Shown: piece by piece, positions 27,450 to 40,144 of the stretch
How the letters are laid out: each line of letters starts with the position of its first letter
Numbering within the stretch: position 1 is the first letter of the stretch
From: Bigelowiella natans CCMP2755
Taxonomy: Eukaryota; Protista; Cercozoa
Assembly (NCBI GenBank): GCA_000320545.1
Contig: ADNK01002758.1
Coordinates: 62,001-126,000 of the forward strand
Direction of reading: 5' to 3'
DNA length: 64,000 nucleotides
The notes under the pieces: generated by a model
What the model was told of the DNA's origin: nothing
Database searches by the model: none
What the model saw: only the letters and a program-made list of their open reading frames with translations
Made by a program: the position numbers and the translations under genes

Positions 27450-30430
27450 TCTAGAACTGAAGAATTGCATTAAGTGATTCATGAATACCAGCCTGATGCT
27501 TCATCGATGGCTTGCACATTGAGGCATGAGCAATTCTTTTCATCACATTGTGTTTCACCCGAGCGCATCGATCGTGGCTAGGTGGGAACAGTCCAATATC
27601 CATTTGCTGAACACCCAGATGCCCACCCTTCAACAAATCGGCTCGGCTCCTAGCTAGCTAGCCAAATTTGTCATTGCACGCTACTAGCAGCTCAGAGTTT
27701 TCAACAACCAACACCAGCAGGCTAGCTAACTAGCACTAGAGCAGGGCGTTGACAAGTCCTCGCAATGGCTTTTGTTGCGCAGGCGCTGTTGCATGCATTC
27801 AGTTGTTTCCCACGCCGTGGCTTTTGCGATGCGCGTGCGTGCCATGTGTGGCATTTTGGCATCGATGCAAAGTTCGGTGTTCAATCTAGCAATGTGCGTT
27901 CAATGTTCAGTGTTCAAACGATGCCTGCGATGCTCATTTCTCATCCTTGTTTGCTGCACGCTGCCCCAGTTGTGCAATGATGGACAAAGTGACACTGTTG
28001 TGCACATCACACGCACACACCTGGATTCGCACGTTGAATTGAGCGTGTCGCATCATTGCAACCAACGCACCCTAGCGCCAGCACCAGAGCACGCTGGCAT
28101 CGCAAGCACTCACAGTTTTCCCCAGCTCCAGCTAGCCAGAGCTAGCTTGCTAGAGAGCTCTGCATGGGATGAAAAGGAGCTGCAGGAGGAGCGAGAGTTG
28201 TCTTGCGTGGACGGACGGGACAAACGAGCAGTTCCGGAGCACTGGAAAACCGAGAGTTGCTGTGGATGGACAGGACAAATGAGTCAGTGAAGTGATTTGA
28301 ATTCACAGCGGTTGAAGGGACCATGTTCCTAGCTGAACATGGGTCCGTGCGACGTTGAAGATCGATTTTGAACACACGGCGTCAAAAGATTGATTGACTG
28401 AATGAAGTGGGTGTTTTCTTCTTCATTGGTTGGCGTCTGTCTCTTGGTTGGACAAATGTGGCAAATAGATGCGGTTTCCACCTTGAGACAACAAACGCTC
28501 CTGTGTGATGCTGCCCATGCCCGCTCATCATTTTGGCGTCTAGCGTCACGATGGTGGTGGTAGTGCACAATGTTTTTTCCCCATTTGTTAGGAGGTTTCG
28601 ACGAACGTTGTGAAACCTAGGCCACATCAAGCAGTGCGACAAAGAATATCCCAAATTTGCGATCGGAATTGCACGTCCCATTTGTTTGCCACAACGTTTT
28701 CCGGACCAAAACTCAACAAGCTACATGCATCATGATGGCCACCGGCATGCAGATATCCACTGCAGATGGTAACGTTTTAATTCATTTTCACCGCTTTGGG
28801 CATGCTAACGTCTTTGTTTGTTACAAGGAGTCGCTCACGGTTTCATTAAAGATGAAAGTGACCCAAGCATTTGGATGAAGGCTGTGAAACAATCAGGATT
28901 GCCCGATGGATTTGCTCGTGGTAGCAAATTGAGCACAAAACATTAAGCTCGACACCTCAATTTTGATTGCAGACTCAGCAATGATTCCATGTAATTTGCT
29001 AGCGTTGACTTACATGCTTTTGTCAACATCAGACATCTGTTGCATCATTGCTACCTGCGGTTTGTACGCGTGCTGTTGGAACCCCATCGCTGCTTTTGAC
29101 AACAATGATCCCAACAAGATGACGAACATTACGTTCAATGACACTACGAAGGAAGTTGGAGTTCGAGTACGATCAAATTACACTTGAAATGTGGCTATGA
29201 CTCCATCTCATGATGTAAACATTTCAGGAACCAAATGCAGACATCAAGACATACAGTTATGCATCCATTGTACCAAAAGTAGAGATGAAACACACTGGTC
29301 TGACTGTCAACAATCAGCCTCAGTATGCTTTCTTCATCAGCCAACAGTCAGGTTCGCATCGAGTCTCTGCATTCCGCATCGAAACCTTATCTTAGCCTTT
29401 TTTGCAGGAGAATCAATTCAGATTGGGACTGAATTTTCAATGGTCCCAGGTTTGACGTTGCAATCCTATCTGAGCTTCGTAGGCGCTAGATTGGGTGGAG
29501 CGCAAGGTGCAAATGCTCCCAACAACGACTCCACTCCTGCAGCGACCAACATGGAGAAATCCGTTCAAATGATGTAGAAAGCTAGCTAGAGTCGGTCGAT
29601 CAGTTTGAACCTCCACAATTGACCTCGTGACAATGATGGCTGCGTCTTAGTTTCATCAAAAAATCATCATCAACAACAACGACCAAGTTTTGTGAATGCT
29701 TTGGCACGTCACATTTAGATGTGTCTTGCGACCGAACACACGTCTGGACGCACATCTAGACATGGTGGTTCGCAGAAATTATGCATTTAGTTGTGTGTGC
29801 TCCAGAACAAGCATTTCTTTTATGGTGTGAACAACACTCCAGAAAACTAGACAAATGGATCAATCTAGAAATTGCACATCTTGATATGCTAATGCGGTCC
29901 AAATCGAGATCGAAGTAGATGTGTGAAGATGAAATGCAAACACTGTGAACTCTAGAACAAGTGAAGGTCCAAATTGTGTAGATCGCTAGATCTGTCTAGC
30001 TATCTAGCTTTGCTATTCGTACTAGTGTGGTCTAGAAGGTGCTCTAGTGCTGCTCGAAACGGACATCTCTGATCTAGCTAGCTAGATATGCTAGCATGCT
30101 AGCATGTGCAAATGCTGTGAACGCAAATTAACACGGCTAGACGGGCTTTCCATCTTTGTGGCTCATGACACCATCTAGCCATGCTAGCATAATTGTAATG
30201 ACTAGATCTAGAGATGAGCGCTAGAGCGTGAAAGGCTACCTAGCTACGTGATTAGTAGTTTAGCAGAAACAAAGAAGATGCAATCTAGCAATCTACCGAC
30301 TAGTTGACATGCAAATGCGAAATGTGCAACGATGTAATTCTTTCGCAACGTCTTCTAAGGTATCTAGCATGAACATGATGATTGATGTGCAACATCCACA
30401 ACACAAAATGGTTCATGATGAAGCATGATC
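27450..30430. other. TpA-depleted, CTAG-retaining intergenic island 3 (convergent gap), the largest island
   Basis: By manual count, 27730-28460 has 8 TpA and all lie in CTAG; 27730-28620 has 13 TpA and all are followed by G. 29580-30400 is again CTAG/CATG/TGCA-rich. Confidence 0.9.
28154..28945 (+). mobile_element. Degenerate, fragmented Ty1/copia-like LTR retrotransposon pol relic
   Basis: Motif-like fragments in different frames: RALHGMKRS 28154-28180 (RT KALYGLKQS), GQMWQID 28450-28470 (integrase), HRFGHAN 28789-28809 (gag-pre-integrase HxRLGH), GFIKDESDPSIWMK 28839-28880 (RT GFxxxxxDPCLY), STKH ~28932 (RNase H RTKH). Order is non-canonical and no LTRs were seen. Confidence 0.5.
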
Positions 30431-30569
30431 ACAAGCTTCGAATTTGTTGTCTCGAAAAATGTCGTATCTCAGTTGTCATGACAACCAAGCCTCTACTTTT
30501 GCATCTTCGTCCGCTGATGAACAATATCATGGTTGGGAAACGATTATCCAAACCTGAACGAAGAGGTCT

Positions 30570-33500
30570 TTAAACGTTGGATTTTTCACCTTGCTCTTTT
30601 AGTTTCCGAAGTAACAAGGAGTTTGGGGTCCGAATTCCAACATTCTTCCCTGTGTAAGGTCCAACGTCTAGAAGGAGAGAATCTCGGCCATTCACAACAA
30701 CTGAATCTGCTCGACTTTCCACAATTGAATTTCCTGCCTGTGTTTTTTTAATTTGAGACCATCTTCAGATTGGTCTGTACCAAGTAGAAGTAGAATCTCA
30801 AAAACACCGTTACCGATTCATGTGTGATAAATGATTGCTCAGTGTCATCCTGCATCTAGCAAGTCATTGATATTTTATATTTCAAAGATCAGATTCATAT
30901 TTCATAACAAGTATTACAGACATAAATATACCACTTGCAAAGTCAAAAGAGAGCCCCTTTTCGAAACAGATGAGACAGAGGAGGTCCTTCTGCTGATTCC
31001 TTTTGGGGTTTCAATGGACTTGCCTGAGATACGGTGTCGTAGATACTTTATGCGCGTTTCCTGCAGCTGTTTTCTTTTCCATCGTTCCCTTTTTATTTTA
31101 CTCATAAGCTGAGTGACATGTGAAAAACATCAGTGCAATTAATTCAAGAAATCTTGTTTGTTGAATTAAATACCTCCTGGGCCATCAAAAGGTAATCGCG
31201 GGTACCCTTTGAAAAATAATCATCTAAGTCTTTGCCTTTCTCTAATGCTTTATCCGGTTTAACCATCTCTCTAACATTGCTTCCGCTTCGATATCCCTGT
31301 TTCCTTTCTATACTTCGGAACACCCTTTTTTCCTGAATGTAGAGGCATTTTCTAATCAACGGTTGCAAAGATGAGCCGATATTTCTTTTTGAGATCAGGG
31401 ATTGAAGAATAAAAGGATGCTTTAGCATGTCTTCAGCGGAAGGCCTGATACGGGCATAGACTTATTAAAAACGCCGTACAAGCGAATAATAGCTCATCTA
31501 CCTTTTCTTAGGGTCCTTTATCAGACACACTGCTAGCCATTGTTTGAATAAAGATGTCCAAAATGGCATTTTGAGAAAGTGGAGAGGAGCTGGGTTTACA
31601 GCAATAGATCTCAATACACGAAGTCGAGTTAATTGAGCATATGGTGGTTCGCCTTCTGCAATTTCAATCGCTGTGATACCAAGAGACCTGAAATATATAC
31701 AATACGTATCTACATTATATCTACACATACATACACATATGAAGGAAATTTATTTTAATATCTACATGATATATCTAATATGCATTATTTACCAAATGTC
31801 TGCTTTTGCATCAATTGTTATAGCCGGTTTATGTGCCCCACCTGAAACAGCTTCCGGGGGCAGCCTAGTATATAACTACCATTTAACAAAATTAAATTGA
31901 AATTTATACTATTACGCACCAGAGTGGAGATCCTAATATTTGATTACATCGAAGTGTATCCTTAATATGGTGGCTAACTCCAAAGTCGGCAAGTTTTACA
32001 CCTCCACAATGTGTCAAAAGAATATTGTTGGCTTTAATATCTCGATGTATTATCCCCTGTAGATTACAGAAACCCATCAATAGATATGATGGCACCACTA
32101 ACATTTATGCACCTTCTTATGAAGATAGGATAATGCTGAGAGAACAGAGGATAGGATATAGGAGATCTGAATATCGGTCAGCTGAGCTCTTGTTGTTTCC
32201 AAAAGTTGCATCACCGAACCAGCATCACATAAGTCCATCATAATCCATAGCCTCCCCTGAAAAATTTTCGTGGTTTCAACTTACCAAGCTTATTAACTTC
32301 TCATCCTTTAAATTATTTAATGAATTGCCTTGTTATCTGGTCCATGCGAACCGTAATATGAAACAATTTTCGGATGTTTTATTTGCTTGAGTATTTGGAT
32401 CTCTTCCATTAGGTCTCCTAGGTTTTCCTGCATTTGGGTGGAAGTTGTGATAACGCTCTTCGCGACACGGGACATGTTTACATTACCTTTTGATCTGAGT
32501 TTAGATTTGTTGACGACTTGCAAACTATCTCGGTAACATTTTCATTGTCTTCGACGTTCTTTAAGATATCTGTTTCTAATCCCTCATTCAAATTTGCCTT
32601 TGAAATGTTTTCAGTGGTCTGGAGGTTTAGGATCTTTATAGCCAATTCGAACTTGGCCTTCTTCGAGAAAATATTTTTGTTATGAGTGATCTGCAAAAAA
32701 ATCAAAGAGTTCCCTTCAAACCTTGTGTACTGCCCTCCATACAGTGGCGAAGGAACCTTCTCCCAGCTTTGACTTCATTTCGAAAGCCTAGCACACAGAT
32801 ATCGGTCAGTATATTTCGATTTCACGATGCCAATACCCAGCATATCATCATAAAAGAATAATCAATGCTAAATAGTTTAGATGACATAATAACCTCCTCT
32901 AGAGACTGCCCGGTCCATCTTAAATCCCTTCCAACATGTGTCAGATGGGTCACATTGTAGGGAGCTGAAACCTAAGAAACATATATCAACCATTTTTAGT
33001 GCCCCTTCGCTCAATAACATAAATGATTTCGCAATATAAAAGAATTTACTTCAGGATCCCGCACGCTATTTCGAGAGAACAATGTCTGGGTGCTATGATT
33101 TAGTGATTTGACTCTAACACCTTTATTATTGACACAAGATTCATAATTATAACAATATACTATATCTTGCAATAACTTCAACCTTTTGAACCATTTGTGG
33201 TTATAGAATTGGCTGGTGTCACTGCTGGTTTCTTCCAATTAAGAGGATTATACCCCGAATCTGGTCATTATTAACCATTCTGGTAAATAAAACGACATTA
33301 CTCTAAGGGGAACCTATCGACCAGAACTACGACGCCTTCCTGAATGCCACCGCGACATAACTCGGGGTATACTTTGAATGGATTTATGAGCATAAAGACC
33401 TAATAGTGTATAATGTATTTCACTTATGAATTCAAAAGCATATGCAGAATACCTTTTAAAGCATCCATCGTTGCATTTCTCATTCTCACCCGAGCAGAAT

Positions 33501-36500
33501 GATTAAAGCGCCGTATTCGTTGTTGCTGTGTTGAGGATGCACCTAGGGAATTTTTAATCATACTAATACCTGGTTTATGTATGCACCCTACCAGTTAGGT
33601 CTTGTATTGTGGACGTAATTACTGATACCTATGACGGTTACTAAATTCAATAGTGCCCTTTTAATTACAAGAGAATGTTTAAAATGTAAGTCAAGTTGCT
33701 AATATATCAGACCCAATTTTGATGCTCGGGGACATTCTTACATTGGAAGTGTAAAGGCCTATTCCTTTCCGCACAGTGAATGAGTATGCTAAAAAGAGGC
33801 GTTCCTGAAGTATATACATCATTAATTATGATTTTCTGGATATTGTTTTTTTCCTACCCATTGGAAAACCAGCAGTTTCTTTCTGTGTGCCACGATCAGC
33901 GTTTCGTGTTAATTTGGCAGTGGAATACTTGGAATCTGTGTCCTTTGAACTAACTTCTGTGGTAAGTTTTAAAATACATTATGTCGCGCTGAGTACAGAT
34001 GTACTGTTTTACCTTCAAGGATCTCGTCAAAGTCAGTTGAGCTTGTATCATCATTATAGTCATCCTCAGTCTTCTGAACGGCTGTATATGCAGTATGTAG
34101 ACCAATTTCACCACAAATCTCATTCTTTATCGTACACCAAAGAAGTAAATCTGAGAATAGATAAACTCGTCGCCTCTTTTTCTTTCTTCCAGTAAGTAAT
34201 ACACCAGACTTTATTAGTGTCCGCCCAGGAATCTTGTATTCATTTTGTGGCAAAAGTTGTCTCGGAATCTTTTTTCTATCGGCGTATCTTTCAACATAAG
34301 ATTGTCCCCATCGAAATTTTCTTATGATTCTTTGGAGGCGACTCGTAGAGTTTGATTCGCAATACATAAGGTATGTGGACAGCAGTCGTATGTAGAATAA
34401 AATCTTGGTTAAAGGTACAGACATGAGTTGCTGAAAGCCTCCTTTGCTTCGTAAATCTGATGGAAACTTCATCCATTCCACATGGAAGGAAGGTAACTTC
34501 TGCATACCATTCGGTATAATACTAAGTGTTTTAATCAGAAGATCCGATAAAATCTTGAAACTCTTGCCGAACAAAACATATTCTTTTATTAACCCACGAG
34601 ATGCATTGCTGAATGCCTTTATCAGGCTTGTGGAAGCGATTTCTTTCATAAGAAGTTTATGAATGGATTCTATCCGAATGAGCTGATCCTCAAATTGTGT
34701 AATATATAGAGTCTCTTCAAACGATATTCCAAGTTCATCATCTCTCTTTTTTCCTGAGTCAACTATTGTTGCGCTAATAGACCTTTCTCTAAATCTGAAA
34801 TAGTTGTTAATGGAATGGACAACCCTGCGCAGAGTAGATAAGTCCTCGATGTATTTTCTATCGACTGATAAGAGACGTGATCTTTGCAAAAATAACTCTT
34901 CTTTTTGTTGGTCCAGAGATGTCTCCGAATCCTTAAGTGAATCTTTTGTGCCGTTTCTACTTGACAGAATTTCGTGTCCTGATGGCTTTAAATTGTAGGG
35001 TGTCGATTGAGGTCTGTCCAATTTGTATTGTCCTTGGAATTTTGAAGGTCCTGTGACTGGCGTCTTTGGTGAAACGATTTTGTAGACGTCTTTAGAAGCT
35101 GGATTTCCGCCCATGCTCTCCTCCGATATTCTCATTTGGTTGGAATCAAATATCTTGTGACTTGGTTCAGAATCCTCGATGTAAAAGGACGCCATGCTAC
35201 CTTCACTCATGTAACTATGAACAGCGCGAACATCATCTTTACTTTCTCTACGTATTAAATTCTTTGTTTTCCTTATTGACGCCCTTGGAAATGGTGAGGG
35301 GATGTCAGGGCATTCCAAGTTACTTTTAGCCAAACCTTTTTGATTCAGTAATTTTACACCGGTATCAATTACTGATTCTGGAGGGGTTTTCCGTTCTAAT
35401 TCTGAAATATCTTTGATTTCTTTTCGAAGACCAGATCTTGCATCTGCAACACAAATATCGCTCTGTATTTTTAAATGAACAATCAAATTCAACATATGAA
35501 CATATTTTCAGCTATCTTCCATGATTACTGACCGAGATCATCCGAAAAATGCCTTGATCGGACGCGAGAATGCACAGGCGTCGTTGTAGGGGGGGGAGGC
35601 TCCACAGTCAATAATGGAACATCACCATCTCTGTTAACATCCCCAATATCTTAATAAATAATAAATTAATCGCCAATACATAAAAGATAACATATTCTGA
35701 ACCTAATTAGAACACAATCGCCAGTTGTGCTTTCATGACCCTAAATGTGATTCAAAACAATCAAATCCTATTGCTTTTCAACTTTCGACACATTTCTCTC
35801 ATCTGATACTCTCTCGAGAAACGCAAATCAATTCTTACTAAGGGACTAAAATTTTGTCCCTTTGAATTCATACTTTCAAATCCTTTCTTCACCTTTGTAT
35901 CGGCATCAATTGAAGGAATCTTGTTTTTTTTAGTTTTGTTCTTTCCAGAGTTTCCATCATTTTTGCACAATCTGGATTTCTCGTTTGGAACATAACTGAG
36001 CTTCCATGTAATGGCTGCAGACTGTAAATTTACTGGGGTTTTTGGTTTCCGTACAGGGGGCTTCTTAAGGATTTTTTTCTTCATTTTTGGGACAGATTTG
36101 CTTCGGAACTTCATTTTTGCAGATTGCATCTTGTTGGAAACACCCATTGAAGCTATCGTCAGCCTTGTGTGATTGGTAACTCGTTCCTGGTTCGCACTTC
36201 TACAACGAGATCTCCTCTTTCCCTTCATTACCCTTTTCGGGGACCGTTTGCCTTGAACTCTGGAATCTCTTGATTTTGACCTATTTCTTCGCGGGCTTTG
36301 CGTGGCTCTTTTTATACCCGTATAATATGTAGCTCCTGTAGAAAATGTTCTTGTTTTGGACAACTCTTTCCTTCCATGCATCTTCCGAACTCTGCCAGTA
36401 ACTTTCCAACTATTTTTCGGTGAAAGTGACCGAGCCTTTCGAATTGATAATGGTCTTTTGAATGAAATGTGAGGGTTTCCTGTTTTTGATGACTCTTTCC

Positions 36501-36618
36501 TTCCATGCATCTTTCGAACTCTACCTGGAACATTCTCATCCTTTTTAGGGGAATGTGACCGAGCCCTTCGAATTAATAATGGTCTTTTTAATGAGAGATT
36601 AAGAGATGGGTTCTTCAT
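30570..36618 (-). CDS. STE20/PAK-like Ser/Thr kinase with basic N-terminus, degenerate RhoGEF (DH)-PH tandem and CRIB-like motif
   Basis: Kinase motifs: [66 protein letters not shown]|LPPE, ADIW|[20 protein letters not shown]-like [12 protein letters not shown] at ~32930-32970. DH-like [15 protein letters not shown]...[16 protein letters not shown] and PH-like [10 protein letters not shown]...[13 protein letters not shown] in ORF 33969-35495. Joining of ORF 35761-36618 and the last exon are inferred. Confidence 0.8.
36352..36594 (-). repeat. 129-bp (43-aa) period coding tandem duplication in the kinase N-terminus
   Basis: [38 protein letters not shown] / [38 protein letters not shown]. Confidence 0.9.
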
Positions 36619-38174
36619 GTTTTTGAGACTTTGATTCTGATTATCAAATTTTCATATTGTAGAAATATCAGGGTGCTTGAAACTTTGATTACAGTCATTA
36701 CTTTTTTGTTGTTGGAATTCTTCGAGGTATAATTTCTTTTCGTTTTACGGATGATTGCTGAAATACGAATGGCCAACTGAGTTTTAAATTTTTAATTTCA
36801 AGGATATTACAACGTGATTGCATGCGTTAGATTAATTTTTCACGTAGTAGAGCAGGTAGATTAATCTTCAATTTTGTTTCAGGGGTATCTTCGGCTTTAG
36901 CATCTTGATATGATTCAAAAACTTGTTAAGGTATCAGCTGTAGAATATGTAGCTTATTGTCATAAATCTACATTGTTTCTTGTTGGTTTTTATGCTTTCG
37001 TTCGACACAGTTGCCTAAGATATAGTTGTTAAACCTGTAAATCAATGCCCAAGAATACTATACCTTTCTTCGAATTGATAATTCTTTGGGTCCTTTCTTT
37101 GCCTCCACGTAGTATACAAGCCGTCCTGCTGCGCTCGCCGATCGTTTTATGATTCGGCTTGGTCGTATCAGTCTCTGAAATGTAACAAAAATCACTTGAA
37201 ACAAGAACGATAACAGATAACATGCAAGAATGTAGTTCTAACATCCACTGCATGTGCCTTAGAACATGTTTCTTTGTCTTTCCAAAAAGAAAGACGCTTT
37301 TGGAATCCTTTAGTTGCCTATAGATAGGAATAGAGTGATGCACAAGAACGTCAGATCAGTCATTCAAATCCGCACGTACCTTTGTTGATGCTGGAGGAAC
37401 AGATCGTTTTTTTTTTTCTTTTTCATAGGCACTGTTTTCACGTTTAGTTTACTGAAGACTTTCGTTGAGGCAGGGGGAACGGACTGGGCTTTTCCATTCT
37501 TTCTCATTTATCGTATTCGATAAATTTACGAGAGCTAACAAGTCGATACCATTGATCTACATTGACACAGAAAAGATGTGCGTGATCACACACCTACGAC
37601 AACAACATTTGTCAGTCGTCACAAATGTCGATACCAGGCTTGAGACCGGTTGCTTCGAACCTTCATTTAGTGACAACCTACATGTTTTGTCGCAGGACTA
37701 AGAATCCCTGCCATGACGATTCTCAAGTGGTCTCAAGCTATGTTTGGCTGCTGTAACGCAGCGCCATGGAAATGTAGGCAAATTTGTCAAATGTGATTTT
37801 TTCCGTCCTTGGACGTTATCTCGTACTTTTGGTGCAAATAGGGAGTAATGTACGTCGCACCATGATTTTTAGTGTGATTTTGTACTTGAAAGCTTGTCCA
37901 TTATTATTTAGTCAACGTTAACATCATCATCCTACATGTCAAATGTGGAATATGTGTTTTAGAGCAATTTGTATATTTAAGTATATTATTTCATTGTCGG
38001 AGGTAAGGGTATCAGTCCATGTTGATTGCAAAATTATTTCAGATAACAAATTCTATGCTGGGTTTTGAAAATGGTCGGCCGTTAAAAGTTTCTACATTGA
38101 TGACCAACATCGATTATGTTATCACGAGCTGCTTTGGTTTTTGCAAACACAATCGATAAATCCCTCCAGCCAAC

Positions 38175-39396
38175 ATGCTTTTGCATTCAAGTTCAAATAT
38201 AAAGGTGGATCCGTTAATTGAGTTTGGTCGGACTGATTACGAGCACACTCTAAAGGATGTCGATAGTCCTACTACATTAACTGATACGCATAAAGCGCAC
38301 TGGTATAAAAGTCAAGCTTTGAAAGCAGAAAGATGCAGAACTACAAAGATGATGTCTATAGCTGCTATTGAACAAAAATTAAATGCAAGATTAAATCCTG
38401 GAGGAATAAGAAACAGATGCATGAAAATGACAATTAAAAACAAAATTGACGACAAATCAGATAATTCCCATCGGAAAAAGCGCAGGTTACCTCGCGAGTT
38501 GCTACCCGAAGAGCGCTGGTATTGGTACTACAGCTTACCTTTGAGAGGATTTTTACCAATCGCCTCCATGGCATTGTTGTTTATCTTTTTCTTTATTGAA
38601 ACCATTATCTAGTCCCTATCAGTGTGGCCAATTCTATCGGAAAACGTCTACGGTAAGATTGACATACTTGATTTCTAGCCAATTCTACAAATACATACAT
38701 TGACCCTTAAATGTATTCTTACCCCAGCTATCTAGATGGCGCCACATGAGACTATGTCTAAAAAGGAAAACCAAAAACAATGGGAAAATAGGGAAGATGG
38801 AGAAACCATGTAAATTGCCTAGTGTAAAGCCACGTAAACTCTTCCAAGGTAAATATGTTTGTTTTGGCAAGCACATACAGTTCAAGTTGCTTTGATGTCT
38901 AGGAGTGTGCGAGATGAAGCTGCACCCTAAATTAAGAGCCCTGATGGTCGAAGAAGAGAATAAATCCCTTTCCTTAGCAATCAATCGCAAGGGCAGTGAC
39001 ATTATGATGGAGAAGGCTCGTTTCTCTGCGCCGGGTGACACTAGAACGGAAATTCAACACCCTTCTTCGAAATATCGTGCAGAAGATGAAACGAAGTGGT
39101 ATCACCTTGCTGGTGGTAGATGTAAGTCACCTCAGCAATATTCGAAAGGTCAATGTAAATCTCATCGTCAACTTCGCAAACGGAACACGACTTTAGGAAG
39201 GTTTAACTCCGTAAAACAAGACATTCGAGGTATGGATCTAGGCAACGATGGCACAAATAAAAATAGCTGCGATATTAATCAAAATTCTGGGAGTTTCTCT
39301 TTAATAGACAATGATTTGCCTTCCGGATTACCGTCTCTTAAAAGCCTCTGTCCCGACATTTTTGGTTTAAAAAACCGAAATCAGCATGGAATTTAG
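38175..39396 (+). CDS. Hypothetical protein (multi-exon)
   Basis: Non-repetitive ORFs 38175-38612 and 38905-39396 on the same strand, with GT-AG sites between them (e.g. gtaag at ~38652). No family recognised. Confidence 0.5.
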
Positions 39397-39639
39397 TTCC
39401 TTTCAAAGATCAGCAACATCGGGAGACAATGGCGAGCTGTTTTTGACAGGGATCAACGTTGGTTGTATAACTATAACAATCTCACTCGACTAACCACACA
39501 TCCCTGCACATTGTTTACGTTTTAAGCATTTAACCAATTGGAATTCATGCAATTTGTCGCATTTGTTCCATTTATCACGTTGTAAAGCGATGGACAAAAC
39601 GCATGCTTTTATTGAAAAATTAAAAAATTGCGCCACATA

Positions 39640-40090
39640 GCACAATGCTCTAGGCACTAGATCACAGCACCCTCTTCACATCTAGACATAGATCTCTACT
39701 CTAGTACTCTGGTACTGTCCAGATCTAGATGAATGAGAGATGCACGCACATCATATCTAAACATGTCAATTAAATAGATTAACCTCGAAATGTAGCGCTA
39801 GTTCGCTGCACAGGCTACACTGTGTCTCTGGATTTCTAGATTTGTAATTGTTGATGTACATCTAGACATGCACATCTAAATGTATATGCTCGAGCGTGTG
39901 TGCGCGCGCATGTGTGTGTAGTCTCTAGCTCTAGCTAGCTAGAGCTAACCATCTGCAAAACAACAACTGTGTGCAACCGTGCCTTTCTAGCTTTCATGAT
40001 CTAAAGTGTGCATAGCTCTAGAGCTCTAGAACTAGACAACGCTTGCTAGCTTGCATCAACACTGAATTGAGTTCTAGAAACGATGAATAA
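39640..40090. other. CTAG-rich, TpA-poor intergenic island 4 (convergent gap)
   Basis: Repeated tctaga/ctagct and cacatctagacat motifs between the stop at 39396 (+) and the stop at 40145 (-). Confidence 0.8.
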
Positions 40091-40144
40091 CATCAAGCCT
40101 TTGCGATGATTTAAACTAAATTCTTACCAACAGACTGCATTCTG

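Noticed and set aside
27765-28681. Cluster of overlapping ORFs on both strands (e.g. 27772-28290, 172 aa)
   Set aside because: Expected artefact of TpA loss, which removes TAA stops. The products are C/H/M-rich with no coherent domain.
27450-30430. Classical fungal RIP or simple CpG-methylation decay as the explanation
   Set aside because: RIP increases TpA and depletes CpA/TpG, the opposite of what is seen. CpG is still common here (e.g. gcgcgtgcgt at ~27831), so CpG decay alone does not explain the TpA loss.
36700-38100. Possible small gene (ORFs 37029-37343 and 37465-37701) in the longest divergent gap
   Set aside because: No recognisable motif or convincing exon chain. It cannot be fully excluded without RNA data.
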